NCBI RefSeq assembly: GCF_009914755.1
Contig: NC_060948.1
Reading direction: 5' to 3' (one strand)
DNA from: the human T2T-CHM13v2.0 reference genome, Homo sapiens
DNA: 64,000 bases
Shown here piece after piece: positions 13,870 to 28,473 of the stretch (the stretch's first letter is position 1; every line of letters begins with the position of its first letter). The notes beneath the pieces were generated by a model. The model did not search any database. It was given only the letters and a program-made list of their open reading frames with translations, and was not told the DNA's origin. The translations under genes were made by a program, and so were the position numbers.

Positions 13870-16400
13870 CACTCCTTTCCATTTCATTTCATTCCATTCC
13901 ATTGCAATCCCTTACATTCCACTCCATGCTTTCAAAAGGATCTCCTTCTGTCACACAGGCTGTAGCACAATAGCACAATCTCAGCACACATTTCTTTTCA
14001 CCATTCCATTCCATTCCATTCCATTCCATTCCATTCCATTCCATTCCACTCCACTCCTTTCCACTACACTCCACTAGACTCCACTCCTTTCCATTCCAAT
14101 CTACTCCACTCCACTCCACTCAATTTCATTCCATCACATTGCATTCCACTCCTTTCTACTCCACTGCACACCAGTCCTTTCCATGGCACTGCAATCCATT
14201 CCAATATTTTCTTTTGACAGGATTACTCTATCACCCAAGCTGGAGTGCAGTGGCACAATCTCAAGTCACATTTCATTTCACCATTCTATTCCATTCAATT
14301 CCTCTACATTCCTTTCCATTCCACTCCTCTCCATGACTCTTCACTCCATTCCATTCTAATCCATTCCATTCCATTCTTTTATTTCGAATGTATCATACTC
14401 TGTCACCCAGACTGGAGTGCAGTAGCACAATCTTAACTCAACTTTCATTTCACCATTCCATTCCATTCCATTTCATTCCGTTCCATTCCATTCCATTCCA
14501 TTCCATTCCATTCCATTCCATTCCAGTCCAGTCCACTTCACTCCACTCTACTCCATTCCACTCCACACCACTCTAATCCACTCCATTCCATTCCACTACA
14601 CTCCATTCCATTCCATTCCATTCCACTCCACTGCAGTCCACACCACTCCACTACATTCCACTCCATTGCACTCCACTCCACTCCCTTCTATTTCACTCCA
14701 TTCCACTCCATTCCATTCCAATTCAGTCCATTCCATTCCGTTCCACTCAATTCCACTCCATTCAATTCCATTCCATTCCACTCAACTCCACTCCATTAAT
14801 TCCACTCCTCTCAATTCCATTCCATTCCCCTCCACTCCATTCCATTTCATTCTGTTCCATTCCATTCCAATCCTTTTGTCTCCAGCCCATTCCATTCCAC
14901 TCTATTCCAATCGAATTCACTCCTTTCCATTCCACCCCATTTGACTCCACTCCACTGTATTCCACTCCGCTCCACTCCACTGCATTCCACTCCACTCCAT
15001 TCCACTCCACTCCATTCCACTCTACTCCACTCCACTCAACTCCATTCCATTCCCTTCAATTCCATTGCACTCCACTCAATTCCATTCCAGTACACTCCAT
15101 TTCATTCCACTCCTATCCATTCCATTCCATTCCACTCCATTCCATTCCATTCCACTCAACTGCACTCCATTCCACTCCATTCCATTTCATTCCATTCTAT
15201 TCCACTCCCTTCCACTCTACTCCACTACACTCCATTCCACTCCCCTTCATTCCATTTCATTCCATTCCATTGCAATCGCTTACATTCCACTCCTTTCTTT
15301 CCAAAGGATCTCCCTCTATCACACAGGCTGTAGCACAGTGGTACAATCTCAGCACACATTTCTTTTCACCATTCCATTCCATTCCATTCCACTCCTCTCC
15401 ACTCCTTTCCACTACACTCGACTAGACTCCACTCCATTCCATTCCAATCTGCTCCACTCCACTCAATTTCAATCCACCCCATTCCATTCCACTCCTTTCA
15501 ACTCCACTCCACACCATTCCATTCCATGCCAGAGCAATCCATTGCAATATTTTCTTTCGACAGGATTACGCTGTCACCCAAGCTGGAGTGCAGTGGCACA
15601 ATCTCAAGTCACATTTCATTTCACCATTTTATTGCATTCAATTCCCCTACATTCCATTCCATTCCACTCCACTCCATGATTCTTGACTCCACTCCATTCT
15701 ACTCCATTCCATTCCATTCTTTTATTTCGAATGTATCACATTTTGTCACCCAGACAGGGGTTCAGTAGCACAATCTTAACTCAACTTCCATTTCACCATT
15801 CCATTCCATTCCATTTTATTCCACTCCATTCCATTCCATTCCACTCCACTCCACTCCAGTCCACTCCACTATATTCCACCCCATTCCACTCCACTCAACT
15901 CCCTTCTATTTCTCTCCATTCAACTCCATACCATTGCAATTCACTCCATTCCATTCCGTTCCACTCCATTCAATTCTATTTCATTCCACTCAATTCCAGT
16001 CCATTAGTTCCACTCCACTCTATTCCATTCCATTCCACTCTTCTCCATTCCATTCCTTTCCATTCCAGTGCTTTTGACTCCAACCCATTCAATTCCACTC
16101 TATTCCAATAGAATCCTCTCCTTTCCATTCCACCCCATTTCACTCCATTTGACTCCATCTCCACTGCATTCCACTCCACTCCACTCCATTCCACTTCACT
16201 GCATTCCATTCCATTGCATTCCAATTCATTCCATTCGACTCCACTACACTCCATTCCACTGAAATCCATTCCACTCCACTCCATTCCACTCCAATCCCTT
16301 CCCATCCACTCCATTCCACTCCATTCCTTTCCATTCTATTCCACTCCAATCCACTCCATTCCACTACATTCCATTCCATTCCATTCCATTCCATTGAACT
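13870..16400 (+). repeat. ~1.35-kb tandem duplication carrying the E-F-G cassette triplet
   Basis: Cassettes at 13934/14216/14386 recur at 15302/15559/15729 with private variants (ggattac, caagctgg, tctcaagtcac, gaatgtatca, tcttaactcaac). The right boundary is approximate. Confidence 0.9.
15559..15612 (-). mobile_element. Alu 3'-end fragment, class F
   Basis: gacaggattacgctgtcacccaagctggagtgcagtggcacaatctcaagtcac. Confidence 0.85.
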
Positions 16401-17190
16401 CCACTCCAGTCGAGTCCCTTCCACTCCTCTCTTCTCCTTTCCATTCCATTCCATTCCATTCCACTCCTTTCCACTACATTTGACTCCACCCCATTCCACT
16501 CCACTGCAATGTATTCCATTCCATTCCTTTCTAATCCAATCTATTACATTCCACTCCACTCCACTCAATTCCATTCCATTCCACTCCATTCCATTCCAAT
16601 CCACTCCATTCCATTACACTCCATTTCTTTCCACTCCATTCCATTCCATTACATTCCACTCCATTCCACTGCATTCGATTCCACTCCACTGCACTCCACT
16701 CCACACCACTCCAATCCATGGCATTCCATTCCATTCCACTCCCCTCCATTCCACTCCGATCCACTTCATTCAACTCCACTCCATTCCACTCAACTCCACT
16801 CCATTCTATTCCATTCTACTCCTCTCCATTTCATTGCACTCCACTCCATTCCTTTCCATTCCATTCCACTGTAGTCCTCTCTACTCCTTTCTCTTCCCTT
16901 CCATGCAACTCCAATACACTCCATTCCAGTCCACCCTACTCCACTCCATTCCACTCCTCTCCACTCCACTCCACTATGCTTTAATCCACTAAACTACACT
17001 GAACTACATTCCATTCCACTCCACTCCACTTCACTCAACTCCACTACTCTACACTCCATTCCATTTCATTCCACTTCATTGCACTCGAATCCACTCCATT
17101 CCATTCAATTCCATTCCACTCCATTCCTGTCCACACCACTCCCCTCCACTCCAGTGGATTCCAATCCATTCCATTCCATTCCTTTCTTTC

Positions 17191-17246
17191 CACAGGATGT
17201 CTCTCTGTCACAAACGCTGGAGTGCAGTGGCATCATCTCCGCTCAC
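17191..17246 (-). mobile_element. Alu 3'-end fragment, class A
   Basis: cacaggatgtctctctgtcacaaacgctggagtgcagtggcatcatctccgctcac. Confidence 0.83.
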
Positions 17247-19443
17247 ATTTCTTTTCACCATTCCATTGCATTCCCTTCCATCCCATTCCATTCAACTCTA
17301 TTACACTCCACTCCAATCCATTCCATTCCAATCCACTCCATCCCATTCCTTTTGACTCAATTCTACTCCACTCCACAACACTCTTCTCCACACCACTGCA
17401 CACCACTCCATTCCATTCCATTCCTTTCAATTACACTCCACTCCACAACACTCCTTTCCATTCCAATCCATTCCTTTCCACTCCATTCCATTCCACTCCA
17501 TTCCACTGCACTCCATTCCACTCCACTGCATACCACTCCACTCCACACTACCCCACTCCTCTCCATTACACTCCACTAGGCTCCACTCCACTCCAGTCCA
17601 TTCCACTCCACTCCACTCCACTACAGTCCACTGCATTTTACTACACTATACTACACTCCAATCCATTCCATTACAGTCCACTCCATTCCTTTCCACTCCT
17701 CTCCATTCCAATCCACTCCATGCCATTCCACTCCACTCTACTCCATTCCGTTCCACTCCACTCCATTCCACTCCACTTCACTCCATGCCTATTTACTCCT
17801 TTCCTCTCCAATCCATTCCATTCTATTTCCCTTCACTCCACTCCACTCCATTCCACTCCAATTCACTCCACTAAACTCCATTCCAGTCCACTACACTCCA
17901 TTCCAGTGCACACCACTCCACTCCAGTCCATTCTATTCCACTCCTCTCCATTCCTTTCCATGCAACTCCATTCTACACCACTGCACTCCAATCCAATCCA
18001 TTCCAGTCCACTCCACTACACTCCATTAATTCTACTCCAGTCCACTCCACTCCATTCGATTCCATTCCACTCCTCTCCACTCCCTTCCGTTCCATTCTAC
18101 TCCACCCCATTCCATTCCGTTACACACCATTCCACTCCACTCTATTCCACTCCACTCGACTCCACTTCACTCCACTCCATTCCATTCCATTCCATTCCTT
18201 TCCACTCTACTCCATTCCACACCACTCCACTCCATTACACTCCACTGCACTGTATTTCATTGCACTCCACTCCATTCCAATCCCCTCCATTCCATTCTGT
18301 TCCAATCGACTCCATTACACTGCACTCCACTCTATTCCACTCCACTCCACTCCAATCAAATCTATTCCAATCCTTTCCACTCCACTACATTCCACTCCAC
18401 TGCACTCCATTCCATACCATTCCATTCCTTTGCACTCCACTCCACTACACTGCACTACAATACTCTCCATTCCAGTCCACTCCACTCCATTCCACTCCAC
18501 TCCACTCCATTCCAATTCACTCCACCCCATTCCATTCCTCTCCACTCTATTCCATTTCATTTCTCTCCATTGCATTCCATTCCATTCCATTCCATTCCAT
18601 TCCATTCCACTTCATTCCACTCCATTCCATTCCACTCCACTCCATTCCAGTCCACTTCTTTCCAATCCACTCCACTCCACTCCACTCTAATCCATTTCAT
18701 TCCAATACACTCCAATCCACTCCACTCCCCTCCACTTGATTCCATTCTACTCCACTCCACCCTACTAAACTCCATTCCACTCCACTCCACTCCAATCCAC
18801 TCCTTTGCATTCCACTCCACTCCAATCCACTCTACTCCATTCCACTCTGCTCCATTTCAATCCAATCCATTCCAGTCCATTCCATTCCATTCCACTCTTC
18901 GCCATTCCATTCCACTCCATGCCATTCTGCTCCACTCCACTCCATTCCATTCCACTCCACTCCATTTCTCTCAACTGCACTCCACTCTACACCTATCCAT
19001 TTCATTCCACTCCACTCCACTGCATTCCATTCCACTCCTCTGCACTCCACTCCATTTCACTCCAGTACACTCCATTCCACTCCACTCCACTCTGCTTCAC
19101 TCCACTCAGCTCCATTCCTTGCCACTCCACTCTACTCCATTCCACTCCAATCTACTCCATTCCACTTCACTCTACTCCATTCCACTCCACTGCACTCCAT
19201 TTCATTCCAATCCCCTCCATTCCAGTCCACTCCACTCCATTCCATTCCAGTCCACTACACTCCACTCTATTCCACTCCTCAGTACTCCAATTCAATCTAC
19301 TCCACTCAATTCCACTCCAATTTATCCCAGTCCAGTCCACTCCGTTCCATTCCATTCCATTCCATTGCACTCCACTCCACTACACTACACTACGCTACAC
19401 TACACTACTCTCCATTATAGTCCATTCCACTCCATTTCAGTCG

Positions 19444-19699
19444 ACTCCACTCCACTCCACTCCATTCTATTCCACTCCATTCCATTCCATTCCACTCCAC
19501 CCTATGCCATTCCATTCCTCTCCATTCCATACTCTTCCATTCCATTACATTCAACTCCATTCCACTCCACTCCACTCCACTCCATTCTATTCCACTCCAT
19601 TCCATTCCATTCCACTCCACCCTATGCCATTCCACTCCTCTCCATTCCATACTCTTCCATTCCATTACATTCAACTCCATTCCACTCCACTCCACTCCA
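19444..19699 (+). repeat. Near-perfect 120-bp tandem duplication
   Basis: Period 120 with a single mismatch (19515 t vs 19635 c); the marker cctatgccat occurs at 19501 and 19621. Confidence 0.95.
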
Positions 19700-20630
19700 T
19701 TCCATTCCATTACTGTCCACTCCACTCCACTCCATTCCATTTCATTCCACTCCATTCCACTCCACTCCACACCCTTCCATTCCATTCTACTCCAATCCAT
19801 TCCACTCCATTCTATTCCATTCCACTCCATTCCACTCCACTGCACTCCCCTCACTTCCAGGCCATTCCATTCCACTCCATTCCATTCCATTGCTTTCTTT
19901 CCACAGGATCTCTCTCTGTCAAAAGGGCTGGAGTGCAGTTGCACAGTATCAGCTCTCATTTCTTTTCACCATTCCTTTGCATACCATTCCATAGAATTCC
20001 ACTCCACGCTTTTTCACTCCACTCCACTCCACTCCACACCACTTCCACTCCACTCCTTTGCACTCCACTGCACCCCACTTCACTCATTTCTACTCCACTT
20101 CACGCCATTTCATTCCATTCCATTTCACACCAATGGATTCTATTCTTTCTTTTGACAACATATCACAGTGTCAGCCAGGGTGGAGTGCAGTGGTACAATC
20201 TCAGCTCATATGACAGGCCAACTTTCCATTGCATTGCATTGCTTTTCACACCATTGCATTCCTTTGCATTGGAATGCATTGCATTGCATTCCATTCCATT
20301 CCACTCCATTCTATTCTATTCAATTCCATTCCACTCCATTCCATTAAATTCAACTCCACTCCACTCCACTAAACTCCACTCCACTCAATTCCATTCCATT
20401 GGTTTACCTTCCATTGCACTCCACTCCATTCCACTCCATTGCTCTCGACTCCAATTCACTGCACTCCATTCCAATCCATTCCACTCCTTTCTATTCCATT
20501 GCACTCGGATCCACTCCAATCCACTCCACTCCATTCCATTCCATTGCACTCCATTCCATCCATTCCACTCCGCTCCACTGCAACTCATTTCTCTCCAGTC
20601 CACTCCACTGCGTTGCATTCCACTCCAGTC

Positions 20631-20753
20631 CACTTCACTCCACTCCATTCCATTCCATTCCATTCCAATGCACTCCATTCCATTACATTCCACTTCACTC
20701 AATTCCATTCCATTCCATTCCATTCCAATGCACTCCATTCCATTAAATTCCAC
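20631..20753 (+). repeat. 60-bp tandem duplication
   Basis: 20631-20690 and 20691-20750 match at 57 of 60 positions. Confidence 0.8.
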
Positions 20754-23700
20754 GCCACTCCACTTCACTACCCTCCACTCCATTCCATTTCATTCCATTG
20801 CAATCAAATCCACCCCACTCCATTCCACTCCATTGCTCTCCACTGCACTCCACTCCATTCCATTCCATTCCATTCCATTCCATTCCATTCCATTCCATTC
20901 CATTCCATTCCCCTCCATTCAACTCCATTCCATTTGATTCCACTCGAATCCACTCCACTCCACTCCACTACATTCCACTCCATTGCGCTACACTCCATTC
21001 CATTCCACTCCTCTCCACTCCACTCCAACCCATTCCACTCCAGTACACTCCACTGCATTCCATTTCACTCCACTCCACTCCATTCCACCACTCCACCCCA
21101 ATCCACTTTATTCCATTTGACTGCACTCCATTCCACTGCAACCCACTCCATTCCATTCCATTCCACTGCACTCCATTTCACTCCAATCCACTGCACTCAA
21201 CTCCATTCCACTCCACTCCACTCCCTTCCACTCCACTCCACTCAATTCCATTCCACTCCACTCCATTCCATTCAACTCCATTTCATTCCACTCCACTCCA
21301 CTCCACTAAATTCCACTGCATTCTATTCTACTCCAGTCAAATCTATTCCATTCTATTCCACTCCATTCCATTCCACTCCACTCCACTCCATTCCATTCCA
21401 CTCCATTCTATTTCACTTCATTCCATTCCAGTTCATTCCATTGCAGTCCACTCCACTCGCCTCCACTCCACTCACTCAATTCCACACCACTCTTCTCCAT
21501 TCCATTCCACTCCTCTCCCCTCCACTCTACTACACTCCACTCCACCCCACTTCATTCCATTCCGCTCCATTCCATTCCATTCCTTTCTTTCCACAGGATC
21601 TCTCTCAGTAACAAAAGCTGGAGTGCAGTGGCACAATTGCAACTCACATTTCATTTAACCATTCCATTGCATTCCATTCCATCCCATTCCATTCCACTCT
21701 ATTTCACTCAACTTTTCTCCACTCCATTCCATTCCACTCAATCCCATTCTGTTCTACTCCTTTCCACTCCACTCCTCTCAACTCCACTCCATTCCATTCC
21801 ACTGCATAACATGCCATTCGACTACATTCCACTCCACTCCACTCCACTCCAATCCACTCCATTCCATTCCATTCCATTCCATTCCATTCCATTCCATTCC
21901 ATTCCATTCCATTCCATTCCATTTCACTCCATTGCATTCCATTCCTTTCTTTCAACACTATATCACTGTGTCACGCAGGCTTAAGTGCAGTGGCACAATC
22001 TCAGCTCACGTTACATGTCAGCATTCCATTGCATTGCATTCTATTTCATTCCTTTCCATTCCATTCCATTTCATTCCATTCCATTCCACTGCACTCCACT
22101 CCATTCCATTCCATTCCACTGCACTCCACTCCATTCCACTCCATTCCATTCAATTTCTTTACATTCCATTCCACTCCACTCCAGTCCACTACACTCTATT
22201 CCATTCCATTCCACTCCACTCCACTCCACTACATTCAATTGAATTCCATTCCCCTGCACTCCACTCAATTTCATTCTATTCCACTCCATTTGATTACAGT
22301 CCACTCCACTCCATTCCACCCCACTCCACTCCATTCCATTCCTTCCCACTCCATTCCAGTCCACTCCATTCCATTCCATTCCATTCCATTCCAATGCATT
22401 CCATTCCACTCCATTCCAGTCCACTCCAGTCCACTCCACTCAACTCCATTTCATGCCGTTCTGCTGCACTCCATTCTATTTCACTCCACTGCATTCTATT
22501 CCATTCCATTCCACTCCATTGCATTCCACTCCTCTCCATTCCATTCCACTCCACTCCATTCCATTGCATTCCATTCCAGTCCACTCCACTGCACACGACT
22601 ACATTCCATTCAATTCCATTCTGCTCCACTGAACTCTAATCCATTCCATTGTAATTCATTCAATTCCACTCCACTCCAATCCACTCCAATCCATTCCACT
22701 CCATTCTACTCCATTCCATTCCTTTCCTCTCCATTGCATTCCACTTTATTCCATTCCACTGCATTCCACTCCATTCCACTGCTTCCCTTCCATTCCACTG
22801 CTTCCTCTCCATTCCATTCCATTCCATTCCATTCCATTCCATTCCATTCCATTCCATTCCACTCCACTTCATTCCACTCCATTCTATTCCATTCTACTAC
22901 ACTCCACACCACTCCACTCCATTTCACTCCATTTCAATCCATTCCACTCCATTCCATTCCCCTCCATTCCATTCCACTCTATTGCACTCCACTCAACTCC
23001 ACTCCATTCCACTGCTCTCCATTCCAATCCACTCCACTCCATTCCATTCCACTCTACTCCACTCCAGTCTACTCGACTCCACTCCATTCCACTCCATTCC
23101 ACTCCACTCAAGTCTACTCCATTCCATTACAATCCTCTCCATTCCATTCCACTCCACTCCTCTACACTCCATTCCACTCCTCTACACATTCCTTCTACTC
23201 CTCTCCACTCCCTTCCACTCTACTCCACTCCATTCCGTTCCATTCCACTCTACTCCAGTCCATTGCACTCCAATCCACTCCACTCCACTACACTCAATTC
23301 CACTCCAGTCCACTCCTTTCCACTCCTCTCCACTCCACTGCACTCCACTCCACTCCATTCCATTCCTTCCCATTCCATTCGACTCCATTCAACTCCACTG
23401 CACTACACTCCAGTCCACTCCATTCTAGTCCATTCCATTCCATTCCATTTCACTCCATTCTATTCCATTCCTTTCTTTCCACAGGATATCACTGGGTCAC
23501 TCAGACTGGAGTGCAGTGCCACAATCTCTCTTCACATTACATGTCAACTTTCCATTGCATTGCATTCTATTCCTTTGCATTGCATTACATTGTCTTGCTT
23601 TGCAGTGCTTTGCATTGCATTGAATTGCATTCCATTCCATTTGATTCCTTTTATTTCCACTACCCTCCATTCCACTCCATTCGATGCCACACCACTCCAT

Positions 23701-24458
23701 TTCATTCCATTCCCCTCCAGTCCATTCCATTCCTCCCCACTCCACTACACTATACCCCAGTCCACTCCATTCCATTCAACTCCACTCCATTTCGTTTCAC
23801 TCAACTCCATTCCATTCCATTCCATTCCATTCCACTTCAGTCCACTCCAATGCTTTCCGTTCCCCTCCGTTCCACTCCATTCCAGTCCACCCCACTCCAC
23901 TCCACTCTATTCCATTCCATTCCACACCACTCCACTCCATTGCAATCCACTCCACTGCACTAAATTTTGCTCCACTCCACTCCACTCAACTCCATTACAA
24001 TACACTCCACTTCACTCCACTCCAATTCCACTGCACTACACTCCATTCCATTCCACTCTGTTCCACTCCATTCCACTCCAGTCCACTCCATCCTTTTGCA
24101 TTCCACTCCATTGCACTCCACACCTCTCTACTACACTCAGTTCCATTCGAATCAATTCCATTCCGCTCCTTTCTTTCCAAATTAACTCTCTCTGTCACAA
24201 AAGCTGAAGTGCACTGGCACAGTCTCAGTTAACATTTCTTTTCACCATTCCATTGCATTCTATTCCTCAAATTCCATTCCACTCTATTTCACTCCACTCC
24301 ACTCCATTACATTCCACTCCATTCCATTCCATTCGACTCCTTTCCACTCCTCTTCACTTCATTCTACCCCACTCCACTCCAAAACACTCCATTCCATTCC
24401 ATTCCATTCCATTCCATTCCATTTCATTTCATTCCATTGCAATCTGTCAATTTCTTTC

Positions 24459-24514
24459 GACAGGATGTCACTGTGTCACCCAGGCTGCAGTACAGGTGCA
24501 CAATCTCAGCTCAC
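24459..24514 (-). mobile_element. Alu 3'-end fragment, class B
   Basis: gacaggatgtcactgtgtcacccaggctgcagtacaggtgcacaatctcagctcac plus attacatgtctacttt. Confidence 0.83.
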
Positions 24515-27500
24515 ATTACATGTCTACTTTCCATTGCATTGCATTGTATTCCATTCCATTAGATTCCATTGCATTCCTTTCCACTCCACTGAACTCCACC
24601 CCACTCCACTCCATTCCATTCCACTCCATTCCACGCCATGCCATTCCATTCCAATCCACTCCACTGCATTCCACTCCACTCCACTGCAGGACACTCCAGT
24701 CCACTCCTCTCCATTCCATTCCACTCCACTCCACTCCATTCAACTCCACTCCATTCCATTTTATTTCACTCCATTCCACTCCTCTCCACTGCATTCCATT
24801 CCATTCTACTCCACACCAGTCCACTCCACTCCACTCCATTCCACTCCACACCACCCCATTCCAATCTATTCCATTCCAGTCCACTCCTCTGCATTCCCTT
24901 CCTCTCCATTCCACTCCATTCCAGCCCATTCCTCTCTACTCCACACTACTAAAGTCCATTCCATTCCACTCCACTCCACTCCACTCCACTCCATTCCAGT
25001 CCATTCCTCTCCACTCCACTCCTTTCCACTCCACTTCACTCCATTCCACTCCTCTACACTCCATTGCATTCCACTCCATTCCATTCCATTCCACTCCACT
25101 CCACTCCATTCCACTCCTCCCCACTGCATTCCACTCCAATCCACTTCATTCCAATCCACTCCATTCCACTCCACTCTACTCCATTCCTTTCCATTCTGCT
25201 CCATTTTACTCCACTGCGTTCCATTCCTTTGTTTTCATAGTATATCACTTTGTCACCCTGACTGAAGTGCAGTGGCACTATCTCAGCTCACATTACATGT
25301 CAACTTCCCTTTGCATTTCATTCTATTCCATTCCACTCCATTCCATTCCATTCTATTCCATTCCATTCCACTCTCCACTCCATTCCATTCCAATCCACTG
25401 CACTCCACTCCACTCGACTCTACTCCACAAAACTCCACTCCATTCCACTCCATTCCACTCCACTTCACTCCACTCCACTCCATTCCACTCCATTCTTCTC
25501 CATGCCATTCCATTGCATTCCACTCCACTCTATTCCATGCCACTCCACTCCATTCCAATCCATTCCACTCCACTCCATTTCATTCAAACCCACTCCACTC
25601 CACTCCACCTCACTCAATTCCACTCCACTCTTCTGCATTCCACTCCACTACACTCCATTCCATTCTATTCCACTCCATTCCTCTCCATTGCCCTCCATTC
25701 CTCACCACTCTACTCCAATCCACTCCACTCCACTTCACTCCAATCCATTCCATTCCATTCCATTCCATTCCATTCCATTCCATTCCATTCCATTCCATTC
25801 CCTTCAATTGCATTCTGGGCCATTTCATTCTATTCCACTCCACTCCGTTCCACTCCTCTGCACTCCATTCCACTCGAGTGCACTCGAACCCAATGAATTC
25901 CACTTCACTCCACTCCACTTCTTTCCATTCGACTCCACCCAACTCCATTCCTTTCTATTCCACTGCAATCCATTCGACTCCAATCCACTTCACTCCACTG
26001 CAGTCCTCCCCACTCCACTCCATTCCACTCCACTCCCTTCCACTCCACTCCATACCATTCCACTCCACTCCATTCTATTCCACTCCACCCCACTCCACTC
26101 CTCTCCACTCCATTCCATTCCACTCCACAGCACTCCAGTCCAACCTATTCCACTCTATTCCATTCCACTCCACTCCACTTCATACCAATCTACTCCACTC
26201 CATTCTACTCCATTCCATTCCATTACACACCTTTCCATTCCTTTCCATTCCACTCCATTCCATTCCTTTCCACTCCATTCTGCTCCGTTTCAATCCATTA
26301 GACTCCATTCTTTCCATTCCACTCCATTCCCCTACATTCCACTCCACTCTGCTCCACGCTATTCCATTCCACTCCATTCCATTCCAGTTCTTTCTTTCCA
26401 CAGGATCTCTCTCGCTCACAAAGGCTGGAGTGCAGTGGAACAATCTCTGCTCACATTTCTTTGTAGCATTTCCTTGCATTCCATTCCATCCCATTCCATT
26501 CCACTCTATTTCACTCCATTCCACTCCACTCTCTTCCATTTCACTCAATCCCGTTCCATTCTACATTCAACTCCACTCCACTCCACTCCACTCCATTCCA
26601 TTCTATTCCATTCCATTTCACTACATTTCACTCCATTACATTCCATTCCCTTCTTTTGAAAGGATATCACTGTGTCAATCATGCTCGAGTGCAGTGGCAC
26701 AATCTCAGTTCACATTACATGTAACTTTCCTTTGCCTTGCATTGTATTCCAATGCATTGCATTGCATTACATTGCATTGCATTGAATTGCATTGCATTGC
26801 ATTCCTATCCATTCCTTTCCATTCTATTGCATTACCCTCTACTCCACTCCACTCCACTCCAATACATTCCACTCCAGTCCACTCCATTCCTTTACTGTCC
26901 ACTCCACTGCTTTCCATTCCATCTTATTGCATTCCAATCCTTTCCACTTTACTCCACTCCGCTCAACTCCACTCCACTCCACGGCAGTCCATTCCACTCC
27001 ACTGCACTCCATTTCATTCTAATCCACTCCACTCCTTTCCATTCCATTCCTTTCCATTCCATTCCATTCTATTCCATTCCATTCCATTCCATTCCATTCC
27101 ACTCCACTCCACTCCAGTTAATTCCATTGCAACCCACTCTATTCCTTTCCAGTCCACTGCACTCCTTTCCATTCCATTCTGTTGCACTAAACTACAATGC
27201 ACTCCACTGCACTCAATTCCTTTGTACTCCATTCCAATCCATTCCATTCCATTCCATTGCAATCCCTTCCATTCCACTGCTTTCTTTTGACAAGATCTCC
27301 CTCGTTCACACTGGCTGTAATGTAATGGCACAATCTCAGCACACTTTTTTTCAGCATTCCATACCATTCCATTCCATTCCACTCGACTCCTCTCCACTCC
27401 ACTCCTCTCCACTCCACTCCATTCCATTCCACTCCATCCCATTCCATTCGACTCCATTCTACTTCACTCCACTACTCTCCACTCCTCTCCACTCCATTCA

Positions 27501-28395
27501 ATTCCTTTCCATTCAACTCCACTCCACTCCACTCCATTCCACTCCACTCGAATCCACTTGACTACACTTCAATCCACTCCACTCCAATCCATTCCATTCC
27601 ACTCCAATCTATTCCACTCCACTCCATTCCACTCCACTCCATTCCACTCCACTGCACTCCACTGGACTCCATTCCACTCCATTCCATTCTATTCCACTCC
27701 ATTCCATTCCATTCCTTTCTTTCCACAGGATCTAACTCTGTCACAAAGGCTGGAGTGCAGTGGCACAATATCAGCACACATTTTTTAAACATTCCATTGC
27801 ATTCCATTCCATCCCATTCCATTCCACTCTATTTCCCTCAACTACTCTCCACTCCATTCCATTCCACTCTATCCCATTGTGTTCAACTCTATTCCACTCC
27901 ATTTCACTCCACTCCACTCCATTCCATTCCATTCTATTCCATTCCATTCCATTCCATTACACCCCATTGTGTTCCATTCCTTTCTTTCCTCAGGATATCA
28001 CCGTGTCACCCAGGCTGGAGTTCAGTGGCACAATCTCAGTTCACATTACATGTCAACTTTCCATTGCATTCCATTCTATTCCATTGCATTCCATTGCATT
28101 CCATTCCATTTCATTTCGTTCCATTGTATTCCATTCGAAGTCATTCCATTCCACTCCGTTCCACTCCACTCCACTTCACTCCATTACATCCGATTCCATT
28201 CCACTCCATTCCACTCTTCTCCACTCCACTGCTCTCCATTCCACTCCATTCCACTCCATCCTCTTCCGTTCGGCTGCTTTCCACTGCACTCCACTCCACC
28301 TCACTCCACTCCACTTCATTCCATTCCTTTCCATCCCATTGTATTCCTATCCATTCCACTTCACTCCACTTCACTCCACTCCACTCCAGTCTACT

Positions 28396-28473
28396 CCATT
28401 CCATTCCATTCCATTCCATTCCATTCCATTCCATTCCATTCCATTCCATTCCATTCCATTCCATTCCATTCCA
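28396..28473 (+). repeat. Pure (CCATT)~15 tract
   Basis: Uninterrupted pentamer run ending about 30 bp upstream of the class C cassette at 28501. Confidence 0.9.
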
